From an uncultured Bacteroidota bacterium (GTDB taxonomy: Bacteria > Bacteroidota > Bacteroidia > Bacteroidales > UBA932): DNA of 64,000 bases. The notes under the pieces are model-generated. The model was not told where the DNA came from and ran no database searches. It saw nothing but the letters and a program-made list of their open reading frames with translations. Below, piece after piece: positions 38,877 to 48,628 of this stretch. The DNA is taken from NCBI GenBank assembly GCA_937901965.1, contig CALGSW010000010.1:83775-147774 (forward strand). The letters run 5' to 3'. The first letter of the stretch is position 1. Each line of letters opens with the position of its first letter. A program made the position numbers and the translations under genes.

Positions 38877-39980
38877 TTATTCAATTTTTTCTGTGAGTTT
38901 TTGTACAAGTTTGAAATTTGAAAAGAACTCCTTTGCAAAAACTCTTATAACAGTATATGCAGGTATAGCAACCAACATTCCTATTATCCCTCCGATACTT
39001 GCAGCTATAAGAATAACAATAAAGATTTCCAGTGGATGTGCCTGGACGCTGTTTGAATATATATAAGGCTGAAATAAAAATATATCAATCATGTGTGTTA
39101 TAAAGAATATAAGAGCCAATGTTATTATTACCACACCTGCATCCGGAATATTAAGTCCAATTTCTGTCATTGATATCAAAACGCCTATGATTCCACCAAG
39201 CCATGGTCCAATATAGGGTATTACATTTAGAATTCCGGAGATTAAGCCCAGTACAATCGCCATTGAGAAATGTACACCTGCAATAAAATAAAGACCAAAC
39301 CCGTTAAGAATTGTAATAAGAACTGTTTCTAGAGATATCCCGATGAAGTATCTGGCGAGAAGATTAAAGACTGAGTCCAGAGCTCTTCTAACATTTTTCT
39401 CATATTTATCAGGAAAAAGAGCAAGTACCATATTTGAAAACATATCTTGCTCTTTTAGAAAAAAGAACGTTATGAAAGAGACTATAAATACGCCAATTGC
39501 AAAGTCAAAAACGAATGATGTTATTGACGTAAAAAAATTGGTAATAGTTTCTGCATTAACTAAATTCTGAAACTCCTTAAAAATGACATTTTCAATCTTA
39601 AAATCAGGTGAAAGTCCTGGAAATGTATTTAATAAGTATGTGTTAAAGTTTGACAAAGGGATACTTATCTTCTCATTAAGTGTATCCATATTCATAGAGC
39701 TAACTGTGGCAATCAAATCTCCAACCAACGGGGCAACAAAAAAGAAAAAGCTGAAGAAAAGTCCGAGAATAATAATAAGAGTCATCGCAGCTGTGAATGT
39801 TACAGGGAGTGCGTGCCCTTTGATTCTGACTTTTGACATGTAAATCATAAGAGGCTTGCCAATCAGTGATAATACTGCAGAAATCAGGATGTAAATCAAA
39901 ATATCAGCAAAAAACCAGGCAAGAAAAGCAATGATTAGAGCCCCGGCTATACCGGCAATGAATTTGGCCAATTTGTTCAT
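38877..39980 (-). CDS. AI-2E family transporter (PerM/UPF0118)
   Basis: Multiple TM segments; LNVIPYIGP, QPYIYSNSVQAHPLEI, GIIGMLVAIP. Confidence 0.9.
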   Translation of the reverse strand: MNKLAKFIAGIAGALIIAFLAWFFADILIYILISAVLSLIGKPLMIYMSKVRIKGHALPVTFTAAMTLIIILGLFFSFFFFVAPLVGDLIATVSSMNMDTLNEKISIPLSNFNTYLLNTFPGLSPDFKIENVIFKEFQNLVNAETITNFFTSITSFVFDFAIGVFIVSFITFFFLKEQDMFSNMVLALFPDKYEKNVRRALDSVFNLLARYFIGISLETVLITILNGFGLYFIAGVHFSMAIVLGLISGILNVIPYIGPWLGGIIGVLISMTEIGLNIPDAGVVIITLALIFFITHMIDIFLFQPYIYSNSVQAHPLEIFIVILIAASIGGIIGMLVAIPAYTVIRVFAKEFFSNFKLVQKLTEKIE

Positions 39981-39994
39981 TTTCCACTTTTCTT

Positions 39995-40021
39995 CAAAAG
40001 TAAGAATTTTTCGTAATTTTG
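39995..40021. promoter_or_regulatory. Divergent -7 boxes for the AI-2E and S46 genes
   Basis: CAAAAGTA at 39995-40002 (TACTTTTG on -) and TAATTTTG at 40014-40021 (+). Confidence 0.6.
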
Positions 40022-40054
40022 TGATTAATGTTAAATAATAATCAATTACACCAA

Positions 40055-42175
40055 ATGAAGAGATTTTTAATAATTACTCTGTTTTTAACAACGGCATTTT
40101 CTAATATACGGGCAGATGAAGGAATGTGGTTACCCTCTCTTATTAAGGAGAGGATAGTTGATATGCAAAAGAATGGATTTAAACTTACTGCCAGTGATTT
40201 ATACGATATAAACAAAGCTTCTCTCAAAGATGCTATTGTTCACTTTGGTGGTGGTTGTACAGGTGAGCTGATATCTCGGGATGGACTTATTATTACAAAT
40301 CATCATTGCGGATTTGGTCAGATTCAATCGCACAGCAGTGTTGAAAATGACTACCTGAGAGATGGCTTCTGGGCAATGTCCAGAGAAGAGGAGTTGCCTA
40401 ATAAAGGATTAACTGTTAGGTTTCTAGTACGAATGGATGATGTTACTTCAGAAATTCTGAATGGTTGTAATGAAGGATTAAGTGAAACTGAGCGTAATGA
40501 AATTATATCTAATAATTCTTCATCTTTGATTGAAAAAGCTAAGAAGGGTACGCATTATGATGCCAGGGTTGAGTCACTGTATTATGGTAACCAATACTTT
40601 CTTTTTATATATGAGACATTTACAGATGTAAGGCTGGTAGGAGCCCCACCTTCATCAATCGGTAAATTTGGCGGAGATACAGATAACTGGATGTGGCCAA
40701 GACATACCGGCGATTTCTCATTGTTCAGGATTTATGCCGATAAAAACAATTTACCTGCTCCTTACTCAAAAGACAATGTACCGTATAAAGCAAAGAAATT
40801 CTTTGCGATATCTACATCTGGCGTAAATGAAGGAGATTTCACACTAGTTTACGGCTTTCCCGGAAGAACCCAGGAATATCTTCACAGTGAGGCTGTAAGA
40901 TACATATCAGAAATTTCTAATCCTCACAAAATTCATTTAAGAACCCTAAGACTGAACATTCAGCAAGAGGAGATGTCAAAAAGCCAGGAGGTGAGAATAA
41001 AATATGCTTCAAAAAATGCATCAGTTGCAAATGCATGGAAAAAATGGCAGGGAGAGACTAAGGGAATAATTAAAATGAATGCTGTTGATAAAAAAAGAGA
41101 TTTTGAAAGTAATTTTAAAACATGGTCGGCTTCTAACGATGAATATTATGGACTTGTTGACTCTCTGTATTCTATATATATCAAACTGGAACCATATAAT
41201 TTTGCGAGTGACTATTTAACAGAAGCTATTAACTCAAACGAGATTATAAGATTTGCAGGAAGTGTAAAGAGTGCGCTTAACAGAAATTCAAAAATGACCC
41301 CGGAGGTTAGTGCCCAAAATATATCAGATTTAGCAGACAGATTCTTTAAAGATTATCATACAAATATTGACGAACGTTCATTTAAAGCTCTGCTTAATGA
41401 GTACAATAAAAATGTTCCTGCTGAATTTCAACCTGAGTTGTTTAAAGAATTACTACATAAATTTGGGAGTACAGATAATATTGTAGCAGATATTTTCACT
41501 AACTCAGTTTTCGTTTCTAGAGAAAAACTAATTGAGTCGCTTAAAAATAGTGCATCATTAACAATGTTTGAGAATGATCCGGCCCTTTTGTTTTATCAGT
41601 TATTTAATGATCACTTTACCCATGATATAAAACCGGTAATTGACAGTTATACAACCAGGCTGAATCTGCTATATAGAAAATTCATGAAAGGGCAAATGGA
41701 CTTTAACTCAAATAAAGTTTTTTATCCCGATGCAAATTCAACTTTAAGAATAACATATGGTAAAGTCAAGGGATATAGTCCGTCTGATGGTGTATACTAC
41801 AAACATTTATCAACCCTAGAAGGGATTATGGAGAAAGATAATCCGGAAATTTATGACTATAATATACCTCAAAAGTTGAGGGATGTATATAAGACTAAAG
41901 ATTTTGGAAGATGGAGTGTCAATGGCACAATTCCTGTCTGTTTTATAGCATCAAATCACACTTCAGGTGGAAATTCAGGAAGTCCTGTTATTAACTCAAT
42001 GGGCAATTTAGTAGGAATTAATTTTGATAGGGTATGGGAAGGTACTATGAGTGACATCGTGTATGATCCGGAAATTTGCAGAAATATTTCTTTAGATGTA
42101 AGGTACGTACTTTTTATAATAGATAAAGTTGCCGGTGCAGGTCACTTATTAGAAGAGATGAGTCTTGTAAAATAG
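40055..42175 (+). CDS. dpp11: S46 dipeptidyl-peptidase, DPP11-type (Asp/Glu-specific signature)
   Basis: ADEGMWLP, TNHHCG, GGDTDNWMWPRHTGDF, GGNSGSP, NFDRVWEG (Arg at the S1 position). The signal peptide starts at the ATG at 40055. Confidence 0.85.
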   Translation: MKRFLIITLFLTTAFSNIRADEGMWLPSLIKERIVDMQKNGFKLTASDLYDINKASLKDAIVHFGGGCTGELISRDGLIITNHHCGFGQIQSHSSVENDYLRDGFWAMSREEELPNKGLTVRFLVRMDDVTSEILNGCNEGLSETERNEIISNNSSSLIEKAKKGTHYDARVESLYYGNQYFLFIYETFTDVRLVGAPPSSIGKFGGDTDNWMWPRHTGDFSLFRIYADKNNLPAPYSKDNVPYKAKKFFAISTSGVNEGDFTLVYGFPGRTQEYLHSEAVRYISEISNPHKIHLRTLRLNIQQEEMSKSQEVRIKYASKNASVANAWKKWQGETKGIIKMNAVDKKRDFESNFKTWSASNDEYYGLVDSLYSIYIKLEPYNFASDYLTEAINSNEIIRFAGSVKSALNRNSKMTPEVSAQNISDLADRFFKDYHTNIDERSFKALLNEYNKNVPAEFQPELFKELLHKFGSTDNIVADIFTNSVFVSREKLIESLKNSASLTMFENDPALLFYQLFNDHFTHDIKPVIDSYTTRLNLLYRKFMKGQMDFNSNKVFYPDANSTLRITYGKVKGYSPSDGVYYKHLSTLEGIMEKDNPEIYDYNIPQKLRDVYKTKDFGRWSVNGTIPVCFIASNHTSGGNSGSPVINSMGNLVGINFDRVWEGTMSDIVYDPEICRNISLDVRYVLFIIDKVAGAGHLLEEMSLVK

Positions 42176-42190
42176 TACTCCTATACTAAT

Positions 42191-42224
42191 AAAAAAGGCT
42201 GCATAAAATTAAGCAGCCTCTTTT
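42191..42224. terminator. Bidirectional terminator
   Basis: AAAAAAGGCTGC...GCAGCCTCTTTT between convergent genes. Confidence 0.85.
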
Positions 42225-42242
42225 ATTAATTATGAATATTAT

Positions 42243-42500
42243 CTACTCTTCTCTGGGAGGCCTTTCGTTTGCAACAGCAACATTAATTGTACGACCCATG
42301 TGTTCAAAGCCGTTCAGTGCTGCAATAGCAGCATTGCCCTCTGATTCATTAGGCATTTCAACGAATCCGTAGCCTTTTGAGCGACGAGTTTCGCGATTGA
42401 AAATTATCCTGGCAGATGTTACTTCGCCGTATGGTGCGAATAGTTCGGCTAAATCTTCTTTTTTAGCACGGAAACTCAAACTTGAAACAAAAATGTTCAT
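42243..42500 (-). CDS. RRM (RNP-1) RNA-binding protein
   Basis: RNP-2 IFVSSL and RNP-1 KGYGFVEM. Start moved to the ATG at 42500 (85 aa). Promoter box TATCTTTG on the - strand at 42546-42553. Confidence 0.93.
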   Translation of the reverse strand: MNIFVSSLSFRAKKEDLAELFAPYGEVTSARIIFNRETRRSKGYGFVEMPNESEGNAAIAALNGFEHMGRTINVAVANERPPREE

Positions 42501-42591
42501 AAGAACCGAAGTGAATAAGGTTAAGAAATTGTTAATTATGCATAACAAAGATAATTAAAAATCTTAAATACCAAAATTTTACGAATTTTTA

Positions 42592-44001
42592 TTAATTACC
42601 ATAGCTTGTCCCATCAAAACAATGTGTACAAATGGAACTTTTATCAAGACCTATTGAGGTTACCAGATCTTCAATAGTGTTAAACTGCAGACTGGATAAT
42701 TTCAGCTCTTTCCTGATATATTCAATCATTTCTTTATGCTCAGATGTTGTGTTATCAGAATATTTACTGAGATAAACTTCGTGATTATTCTCCTTTTGCT
42801 GAATAAATCTGCGGGTAATTAGCTCTAAAGGAGATCTGGATGCTGAAAAATTCAAAAAAGGACAAGGGTAAACTAATGGCGGACAACTAATTCTTATGTG
42901 TATTTCACGGGCTCCGTAATCAATCAAAGTTTTTGCATTATCTCCCAGCTGAGTCCCTCGAACGATAGAATCATCGCAAAATGCAATTTTCTTCTCTCTC
43001 AGTAAGCTTATATTAGGGATTAGCTTCATTTTGGCAACAAGGTTTCTTACAGACTGATCAGATGGCATAAAACTCCTTGGCCAAGTAGGTGTGTATTTTA
43101 CAATGGCGCACCTGTAAGGTATGTTTTTACCACTGGCAAAACCAATCGCCATACAAGTTCCGGAATCGGGAATTGCAGAGGATATATCAAGTTCTGTATT
43201 ATCCTTTTTTCCAAGTAAATATCCTAGTGAAAACCTTACATCATCAACATTAATTTTTTCATAAGAGCTTGTTGGATATCCATAGTATACCCATAAGAAT
43301 GAACATATCTGCATTTTTTTACCTGGAGGGGAGAGTTGTTTAAAGCCATTTTCATTAATTAAAACAATTTCACCCGGGCCAAGATAGTACTCCTCTTCGT
43401 AACCCAAATTTAAAAACGAACAAGTTTCAGAGGCGACAGAATATGAACCGTCTTTTTTACCAATAATCAGTGGAGTTCTTCCATATTTATCTCTTGATGC
43501 AATTATTCCCTCTTCACATAAAAGAAGTAATGTTGACGACCCCTTGATTTTATTTTGTGAATTAATAATACCGCTTGTAAAACTATCTCCTTCCGTTATA
43601 AGGATTGATGTTAATTCAGTTGGGTTTGTTTTTCCAGAGCTTAATTCAGTAAAGTTTTTACCCTTTTCAATTAAATCATTTTCAAGTTCCTGAATATTGT
43701 TAATTTTTCCGACGGTAGCTACTGCAAATTTCCCAAGATGGGAATTTAAAATCATAGGTTGTGGGTCTGAATCGCTTATAACCCCTATACCTGAATTACC
43801 GTCAAATTTCTTTAGATCATCTTCAAATTTTGCTCTAAAGTGAGAATTTTCAAGATTGTGAATAGATCTGGAAAAGTGCCCCTCTGAATTTCTAGTCACT
43901 AGTCCACCTCTTCTTGTACCGAGATGGGAATGATAATCTGTTCCATAAAAGAGGTCCGTTGCACATCTCCCGTTAGAAATGACACCAAAAAGTCCGCCCA
44001 T
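42592..44001 (-). CDS. purF: Amidophosphoribosyltransferase-like protein lacking the N-terminal Cys
   Basis: Ntn-fold N-domain, SAIPDSG, PRT motif FCDDSIVRGTQL, CPP...C and CTHCF Fe-S cysteines. The N-terminus reads MGGLFG. Confidence 0.88.
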   Translation of the reverse strand: MGGLFGVISNGRCATDLFYGTDYHSHLGTRRGGLVTRNSEGHFSRSIHNLENSHFRAKFEDDLKKFDGNSGIGVISDSDPQPMILNSHLGKFAVATVGKINNIQELENDLIEKGKNFTELSSGKTNPTELTSILITEGDSFTSGIINSQNKIKGSSTLLLLCEEGIIASRDKYGRTPLIIGKKDGSYSVASETCSFLNLGYEEEYYLGPGEIVLINENGFKQLSPPGKKMQICSFLWVYYGYPTSSYEKINVDDVRFSLGYLLGKKDNTELDISSAIPDSGTCMAIGFASGKNIPYRCAIVKYTPTWPRSFMPSDQSVRNLVAKMKLIPNISLLREKKIAFCDDSIVRGTQLGDNAKTLIDYGAREIHIRISCPPLVYPCPFLNFSASRSPLELITRRFIQQKENNHEVYLSKYSDNTTSEHKEMIEYIRKELKLSSLQFNTIEDLVTSIGLDKSSICTHCFDGTSYGN

Positions 44002-44080
44002 GATTTATTATTTGAATTGACGGACACAAAAGTATATATTTTAAGTTTTATCTTCGCACTAATTTATCAACATAAATATT

Positions 44081-44962
44081 ATGAATCTTTTTTATCTTAT
44101 AATTCACATAATTTTTGCAATTGGGATGTTTCTATCCCTCAAGGTAGTAAACTCAAAAAATATTAACAAGTATCAAGCAATAACAATAAACTATATTATT
44201 GCATTTGTTCTGACTGCACTTTTTTACGGAAAACCATTGTCTTTTGCAATATCTTCTATGAGCCAGTCACTAATGATTGCTTCATTATGGGTTGGATTCC
44301 TCTTCATTTTTTCTTTTATATTGATGTCATTCTCTACAATAAAAGCGGGTATCGGGATAACTACAGCTCTGAATAAAATGTCTGTTGTGATTCCAGTGTT
44401 GGTAGGGATGCTGTATCTTAACCAAACTGATGAACTTCTGCTGAAAATTGCAGGTATAATTCTTGCCGTAATCTCTTTTGTTTTAATTCTCTTTAATTCA
44501 AAAGATGATAAAGTAGGTTTAAAGGCACTTTACTTGCCTCTTTCTGTTTTCCTTGTCTCTGGACTTATTGATACATCAATGGAGATTGTTAACAAGAAAC
44601 TTATAAATCCTGATACTCCCCAGGAACTATTCTTATTGGGTATTTTTGCTACAGCATCAATTATAGGAGTTTTATCAATTATATTTGATTTGTTTAAGAA
44701 AGGGAATAACTCAAAACTAACCATGAATCCTATTTTATGGGGAACTGTAATGGGGATTTTTAATTTCCTCGTATCAAAAATGATTCTTGTAAACGTTGGA
44801 TTAATGGGTGGTTCTGTAGTTTTCCCTGTTCATAACGCCTCTGTTGTTATGATTACTGCCCTTTCCGGTGTTGTTTTTTTTAAAGAAAAATTTACAAAAC
44901 GTCAGTGGATTGGTGTTGGAGTTGCAATTATATCCGTTGTTTTAATAGCAACTACTATTTGA
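44081..44962 (+). CDS. EamA/DMT-family membrane transporter
   Basis: About 10 TM segments in two repeats; KMSVVIPV and FFKEKF...WIGVGVA motifs. Confidence 0.8.
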   Translation: MNLFYLIIHIIFAIGMFLSLKVVNSKNINKYQAITINYIIAFVLTALFYGKPLSFAISSMSQSLMIASLWVGFLFIFSFILMSFSTIKAGIGITTALNKMSVVIPVLVGMLYLNQTDELLLKIAGIILAVISFVLILFNSKDDKVGLKALYLPLSVFLVSGLIDTSMEIVNKKLINPDTPQELFLLGIFATASIIGVLSIIFDLFKKGNNSKLTMNPILWGTVMGIFNFLVSKMILVNVGLMGGSVVFPVHNASVVMITALSGVVFFKEKFTKRQWIGVGVAIISVVLIATTI

Positions 44963-46379
44963 AATTTATAGTTGCGTATGGCAATGATTCAACTGTTTTC
45001 ACAACCCATAATAAAAGGCTGCATAGGTTATCAAGCAATATAATGGAATAATCACAAACTATGCCATCAGGTAGTACCAGAGAGATGGCTGTGAAAACGA
45101 TTATTAAAGCACTCAATGGTATTGCAGCTAAATTACATATCATAAAGTATACCGGCAGGTATCCAAAATATGTCAATGTCAAAGGGAAAGTTCCTAACTG
45201 ACAACTTATTGATATTGAAATGCTATTCCATAAATACTTGAATATTTTACTCTTAAAATCCCAGAGTTTGACAAATTTCACGTGAATAATAATAATTGAC
45301 AACGTAGCAAGAAAAGAGAGTCTGAATCCGGCATCATAGAATGATTCCGGGTCAATTATACATATAAGCAAAAATGCAAATGAAAGAGAATTAAGACTTC
45401 TGTTACTTCTAGCAGATTGTTTTGAAATTTCTAAACAACTGATCATTATTGAAGCTCTTAAAATGCTTGCAGCCATCCCTGTAAAAATAGTATAGAACCA
45501 TATACAGGCAAGAATAATTATTGTTTTTAAATATCTTAGCCATCTTGTATTTCCAAAAAAATACAAGATGTAGCTAAGGAGCAGGTATATGTAATTAACG
45601 TGTAGACCTGAGACGGCCATTAAGTGCATGGAACCGGATTTTGAAAAGGCCATGATTGTCTCTCTATCCAGCTCTCCTTTATAGCCTGAGGTTAGAGCAA
45701 TAATTACAGAAGCATTTTCTTTGTTTGTAAACTTTGATTTTACGATATCTGCAAAAATAAATTTTAAATTATTTATCCAATCTTTTTCATTAAGTGAGAT
45801 GCATTTTTTTACGTTGTATACTCCCGGAAAAATGTATGCAGTTGTGTATATCTGTTTTAAAGCCATATAATTTTTGTATCCGGAACCCTTTGAGTTGCCT
45901 CTTATTGGATATATGTAGATTGTCCCTGTAATTGTATCACCAACTTTTATATCATCACGATTCTCTTTTATAATAAGCCTTACTCTTTCTTTATACTTTA
46001 AGATTTTGGCTTTGTAATAAGTATTATTGCCTTCACTTTTTTCAACTTCCTCAATAATCAGTTGAGTATATTTCATCTTCCCTGAAGGAATTGAACTAAT
46101 TTTTGTAATTTTGTATTGGTAACTACTAAAGTTCAGGTTTAACTGGGCTAGCAGAAAAAATGAAATAACAAAAACTGCTGCCAGGATTTTGTCATTTACC
46201 CTGTCTTTGATAATGTTACAACCGGAGTATATCAGGTAGAATATCATAATTGAAGCTAATACTGCCGATGATACCACAGCTGTAAGAGAGTCAGTATCTG
46301 ATTTAATCTTTGAAGCTAAAATTAACCCGGTCAGATATGAAAGTGACGCAAGTAGTAATGGAAATCTTAAAAACATCAT
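44955..46379 (-). CDS. comEC: ComEC/Rec2-family competence membrane protein (no MBL domain)
   Basis: HLMAVSGLHV, SILRASIM, GFRLSF, QLGTFPL...YFG. Confidence 0.88.
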   Translation of the reverse strand: MMFLRFPLLLASLSYLTGLILASKIKSDTDSLTAVVSSAVLASIMIFYLIYSGCNIIKDRVNDKILAAVFVISFFLLAQLNLNFSSYQYKITKISSIPSGKMKYTQLIIEEVEKSEGNNTYYKAKILKYKERVRLIIKENRDDIKVGDTITGTIYIYPIRGNSKGSGYKNYMALKQIYTTAYIFPGVYNVKKCISLNEKDWINNLKFIFADIVKSKFTNKENASVIIALTSGYKGELDRETIMAFSKSGSMHLMAVSGLHVNYIYLLLSYILYFFGNTRWLRYLKTIIILACIWFYTIFTGMAASILRASIMISCLEISKQSARSNRSLNSLSFAFLLICIIDPESFYDAGFRLSFLATLSIIIIHVKFVKLWDFKSKIFKYLWNSISISISCQLGTFPLTLTYFGYLPVYFMICNLAAIPLSALIIVFTAISLVLPDGIVCDYSIILLDNLCSLLLWVVKTVESLPYATINFK

Positions 46380-46435
46380 TTAGTTTAAATGATGAAATTT
46401 ATGATAATTTATAACTAAATTAAGCCATTTGTGAT

Positions 46436-46443
46436 TATATTTG
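46436..46443 (+). promoter_or_regulatory. -7 promoter box for ackA-ptb-buk
   Basis: TATATTTG, 46 nt upstream of the ackA ATG. Confidence 0.6.
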
Positions 46444-46489
46444 TACGATTTTAGACAATAATTAAACAAATTCATAAATAAAACCAGTA

Positions 46490-47692
46490 ATGATAATTCT
46501 AGTATTGAACTGCGGGAGTTCATCCCTGAAGTACCAGGTACTTGACATGCAAAGTGAAACACAATTTAAACTTCTGGCCAAGGGCCTGGTAGAAAGAATT
46601 GGCCTTGAAATGGGTATACTTTCACATAGGGTAGAGGGGAGAGATAAATTTGAATCGGAGTCTCCAATTCCTAACCATACAGTTGGGATTAAAAAAGTTC
46701 TGGATATACTTGTTGATACAGAACTTGGAGTTCTTTCATCACTTTCTCAGATAAATGCAGTTGGTCACAGAGTTGCTCATGGAGGTGAACTATTCAAACA
46801 GAGTACTGTAATAGACAATAATGTTATTGAGGGTATTAAGCAATTATGCGAGCTTGCACCTCTTCACAATCCTGCTAACCTATTAGGCATAGAAGCTGTT
46901 AATACTTTAATGCCAAACGTTCCTCAGGTAGCTGTTTTTGATACATCTTTTCACCAGACAATGCCTGATTATGCTTATATGTATGCTATCCCATACGAGT
47001 ATTATACTCAGCATAAGATTAGAAGATATGGATTTCATGGCACAAGTCATAAGTTTGTAGCTAAAAAGGCATGTGATCTTGCTGGTTTGGAATTTGAGAA
47101 ATCTAAAGTTATTACTTGTCACTTGGGCAATGGAAGTTCAATTACTGCAATTAAAAATGGAGTCTCGTTAGACACTTCTATGGGATTCACACCACTTGAG
47201 GGTTTGATAATGGGGACAAGAAGTGGTGATATTGATGCTGGTATTATCTCTTACATTATGGAGAGAGAAAATCTTGATGCTGCGGGAATAAACTCTTTGT
47301 TAAATAAGAAAAGCGGATTTTTAGGTGTATTTGGTAAATCCTCAGATGCGAGAGATATTGAAAATGCTGCAGCACAAGGAGATAAAAGAGCAATTTTAAC
47401 TTTGAATCTTCTTTATTATAGAGTGCTAAAGTATATTGGATCATATACCGCTGTGATGAATGGATGTGATTTAGTTGTTTTTACAGGAGGAATTGGTGAA
47501 AATGACCCACATATAAGAGAGATGGTTGGAACTCACCTTGAATACCTTGGAGTTGAATTTGATAAAAGTGCTAATGATGGTGTAAGAGGAAAGGATGTAA
47601 TTCTTACAAAAAAATCATCAAGGGTAAAAATGGCAACAGTTACAACAAATGAAGAGCTTGTTATTGCTCAGGACACGATGAAGCTTATTTAA
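46490..47692 (+). CDS. ackA: Acetate kinase
   Basis: LVLNCGSSSLKY, GHRVAHGG, APLHNP, FDTSFH, RRYGFHGTSH, HLGNGSS, TNEELVIA. Confidence 0.97.
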   Translation: MIILVLNCGSSSLKYQVLDMQSETQFKLLAKGLVERIGLEMGILSHRVEGRDKFESESPIPNHTVGIKKVLDILVDTELGVLSSLSQINAVGHRVAHGGELFKQSTVIDNNVIEGIKQLCELAPLHNPANLLGIEAVNTLMPNVPQVAVFDTSFHQTMPDYAYMYAIPYEYYTQHKIRRYGFHGTSHKFVAKKACDLAGLEFEKSKVITCHLGNGSSITAIKNGVSLDTSMGFTPLEGLIMGTRSGDIDAGIISYIMERENLDAAGINSLLNKKSGFLGVFGKSSDARDIENAAAQGDKRAILTLNLLYYRVLKYIGSYTAVMNGCDLVVFTGGIGENDPHIREMVGTHLEYLGVEFDKSANDGVRGKDVILTKKSSRVKMATVTTNEELVIAQDTMKLI

Positions 47693-47715
47693 TAATATTA
47701 ATTATAAATAATAGT

Positions 47716-48621
47716 ATGATTACAACTTTTGAACAGATTTATGATAAACTGAGGTCAAAGCCCAAGAAGAGATTAGTTGCTGCATGGGCTGTTGATGATC
47801 ACACAATTAATGCTGTGAAACTTGCTGTTGAAGCCGGTATTGTTGATGCAACATTAGTTGGTGACGAAAAAATAATTCGCCAGGTCTGCGCTCATGAAAA
47901 AATTGACCCTTCAATTTTCAGAATAGTACCCAATGATGACGAGATAAAAGCAGTTTCTATGGCTGTGGATTTAGTTAATTCAGGAGAGGGAGATATATTA
48001 ATGAAAGGCTTATGCAGTACAGATAAGTATATGAGAGCAATCCTCAATAAAGAGCGTGGACTTCTACCTCCAAAAGCAGTTTTAAGTCATGTTACAGTTA
48101 TGTCTAATACTCAGTATCATAAGCTACTAGTTTTAGGAGATATTGCGGTTATACCTGCACCGGATCTTTCGCAGAAAGTAGCTATAACAAACTATGTTGT
48201 AAAAACGGCCCATGCTCTTGGCATTCAAAAACCTAAAGTTGCTGTTATTGCCGCAACTGAGCAGATGTTACCTGGAATGCAGGCATGTGTTGATGCTGCA
48301 ATTATCTCAAAAATGGCAGATAGAGGACAAATCACTGGATGTTTTGTTGATGGCCCTCTTGCATTAGATGTGGCAATATCAGCAGAAGCTTGTGCTGTAA
48401 AAAAATTAGTGAGCCCTGTAGCTGGAGATGCAGACTGCCTTGTTTTTCCTAATCTTGAGTCAGCTAATGTTTTTTATAAAGTCAATTCGCAGTTATGCAC
48501 AGGTAGCCGCCAAGCAGCTATTGTCGCGGGAGCGAAAGCACCATGTGTTTTATCCAGCAGAGCAGATAGCATAGATACAAAGCTATATTCTATTGCTCTT
48601 GCTGCTTTAACAGCTAAATAA
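47716..48621 (+). CDS. ptb: Phosphate butyryl-/acyltransferase
   Basis: DILMKG, KPKVAVIAATE, DGPLALDVAIS, VAGDADCLVFPNLESAN, LSSRADS; directly upstream of buk. Confidence 0.9.
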   Translation: MITTFEQIYDKLRSKPKKRLVAAWAVDDHTINAVKLAVEAGIVDATLVGDEKIIRQVCAHEKIDPSIFRIVPNDDEIKAVSMAVDLVNSGEGDILMKGLCSTDKYMRAILNKERGLLPPKAVLSHVTVMSNTQYHKLLVLGDIAVIPAPDLSQKVAITNYVVKTAHALGIQKPKVAVIAATEQMLPGMQACVDAAIISKMADRGQITGCFVDGPLALDVAISAEACAVKKLVSPVAGDADCLVFPNLESANVFYKVNSQLCTGSRQAAIVAGAKAPCVLSSRADSIDTKLYSIALAALTAK

Positions 48622-48628
48622 TTAACAT

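Noticed and set aside
42501-42548. N-terminal extension of the RRM ORF
   Set aside because: It overlaps the promoter region. The RRM fold begins at the ATG at 42500.
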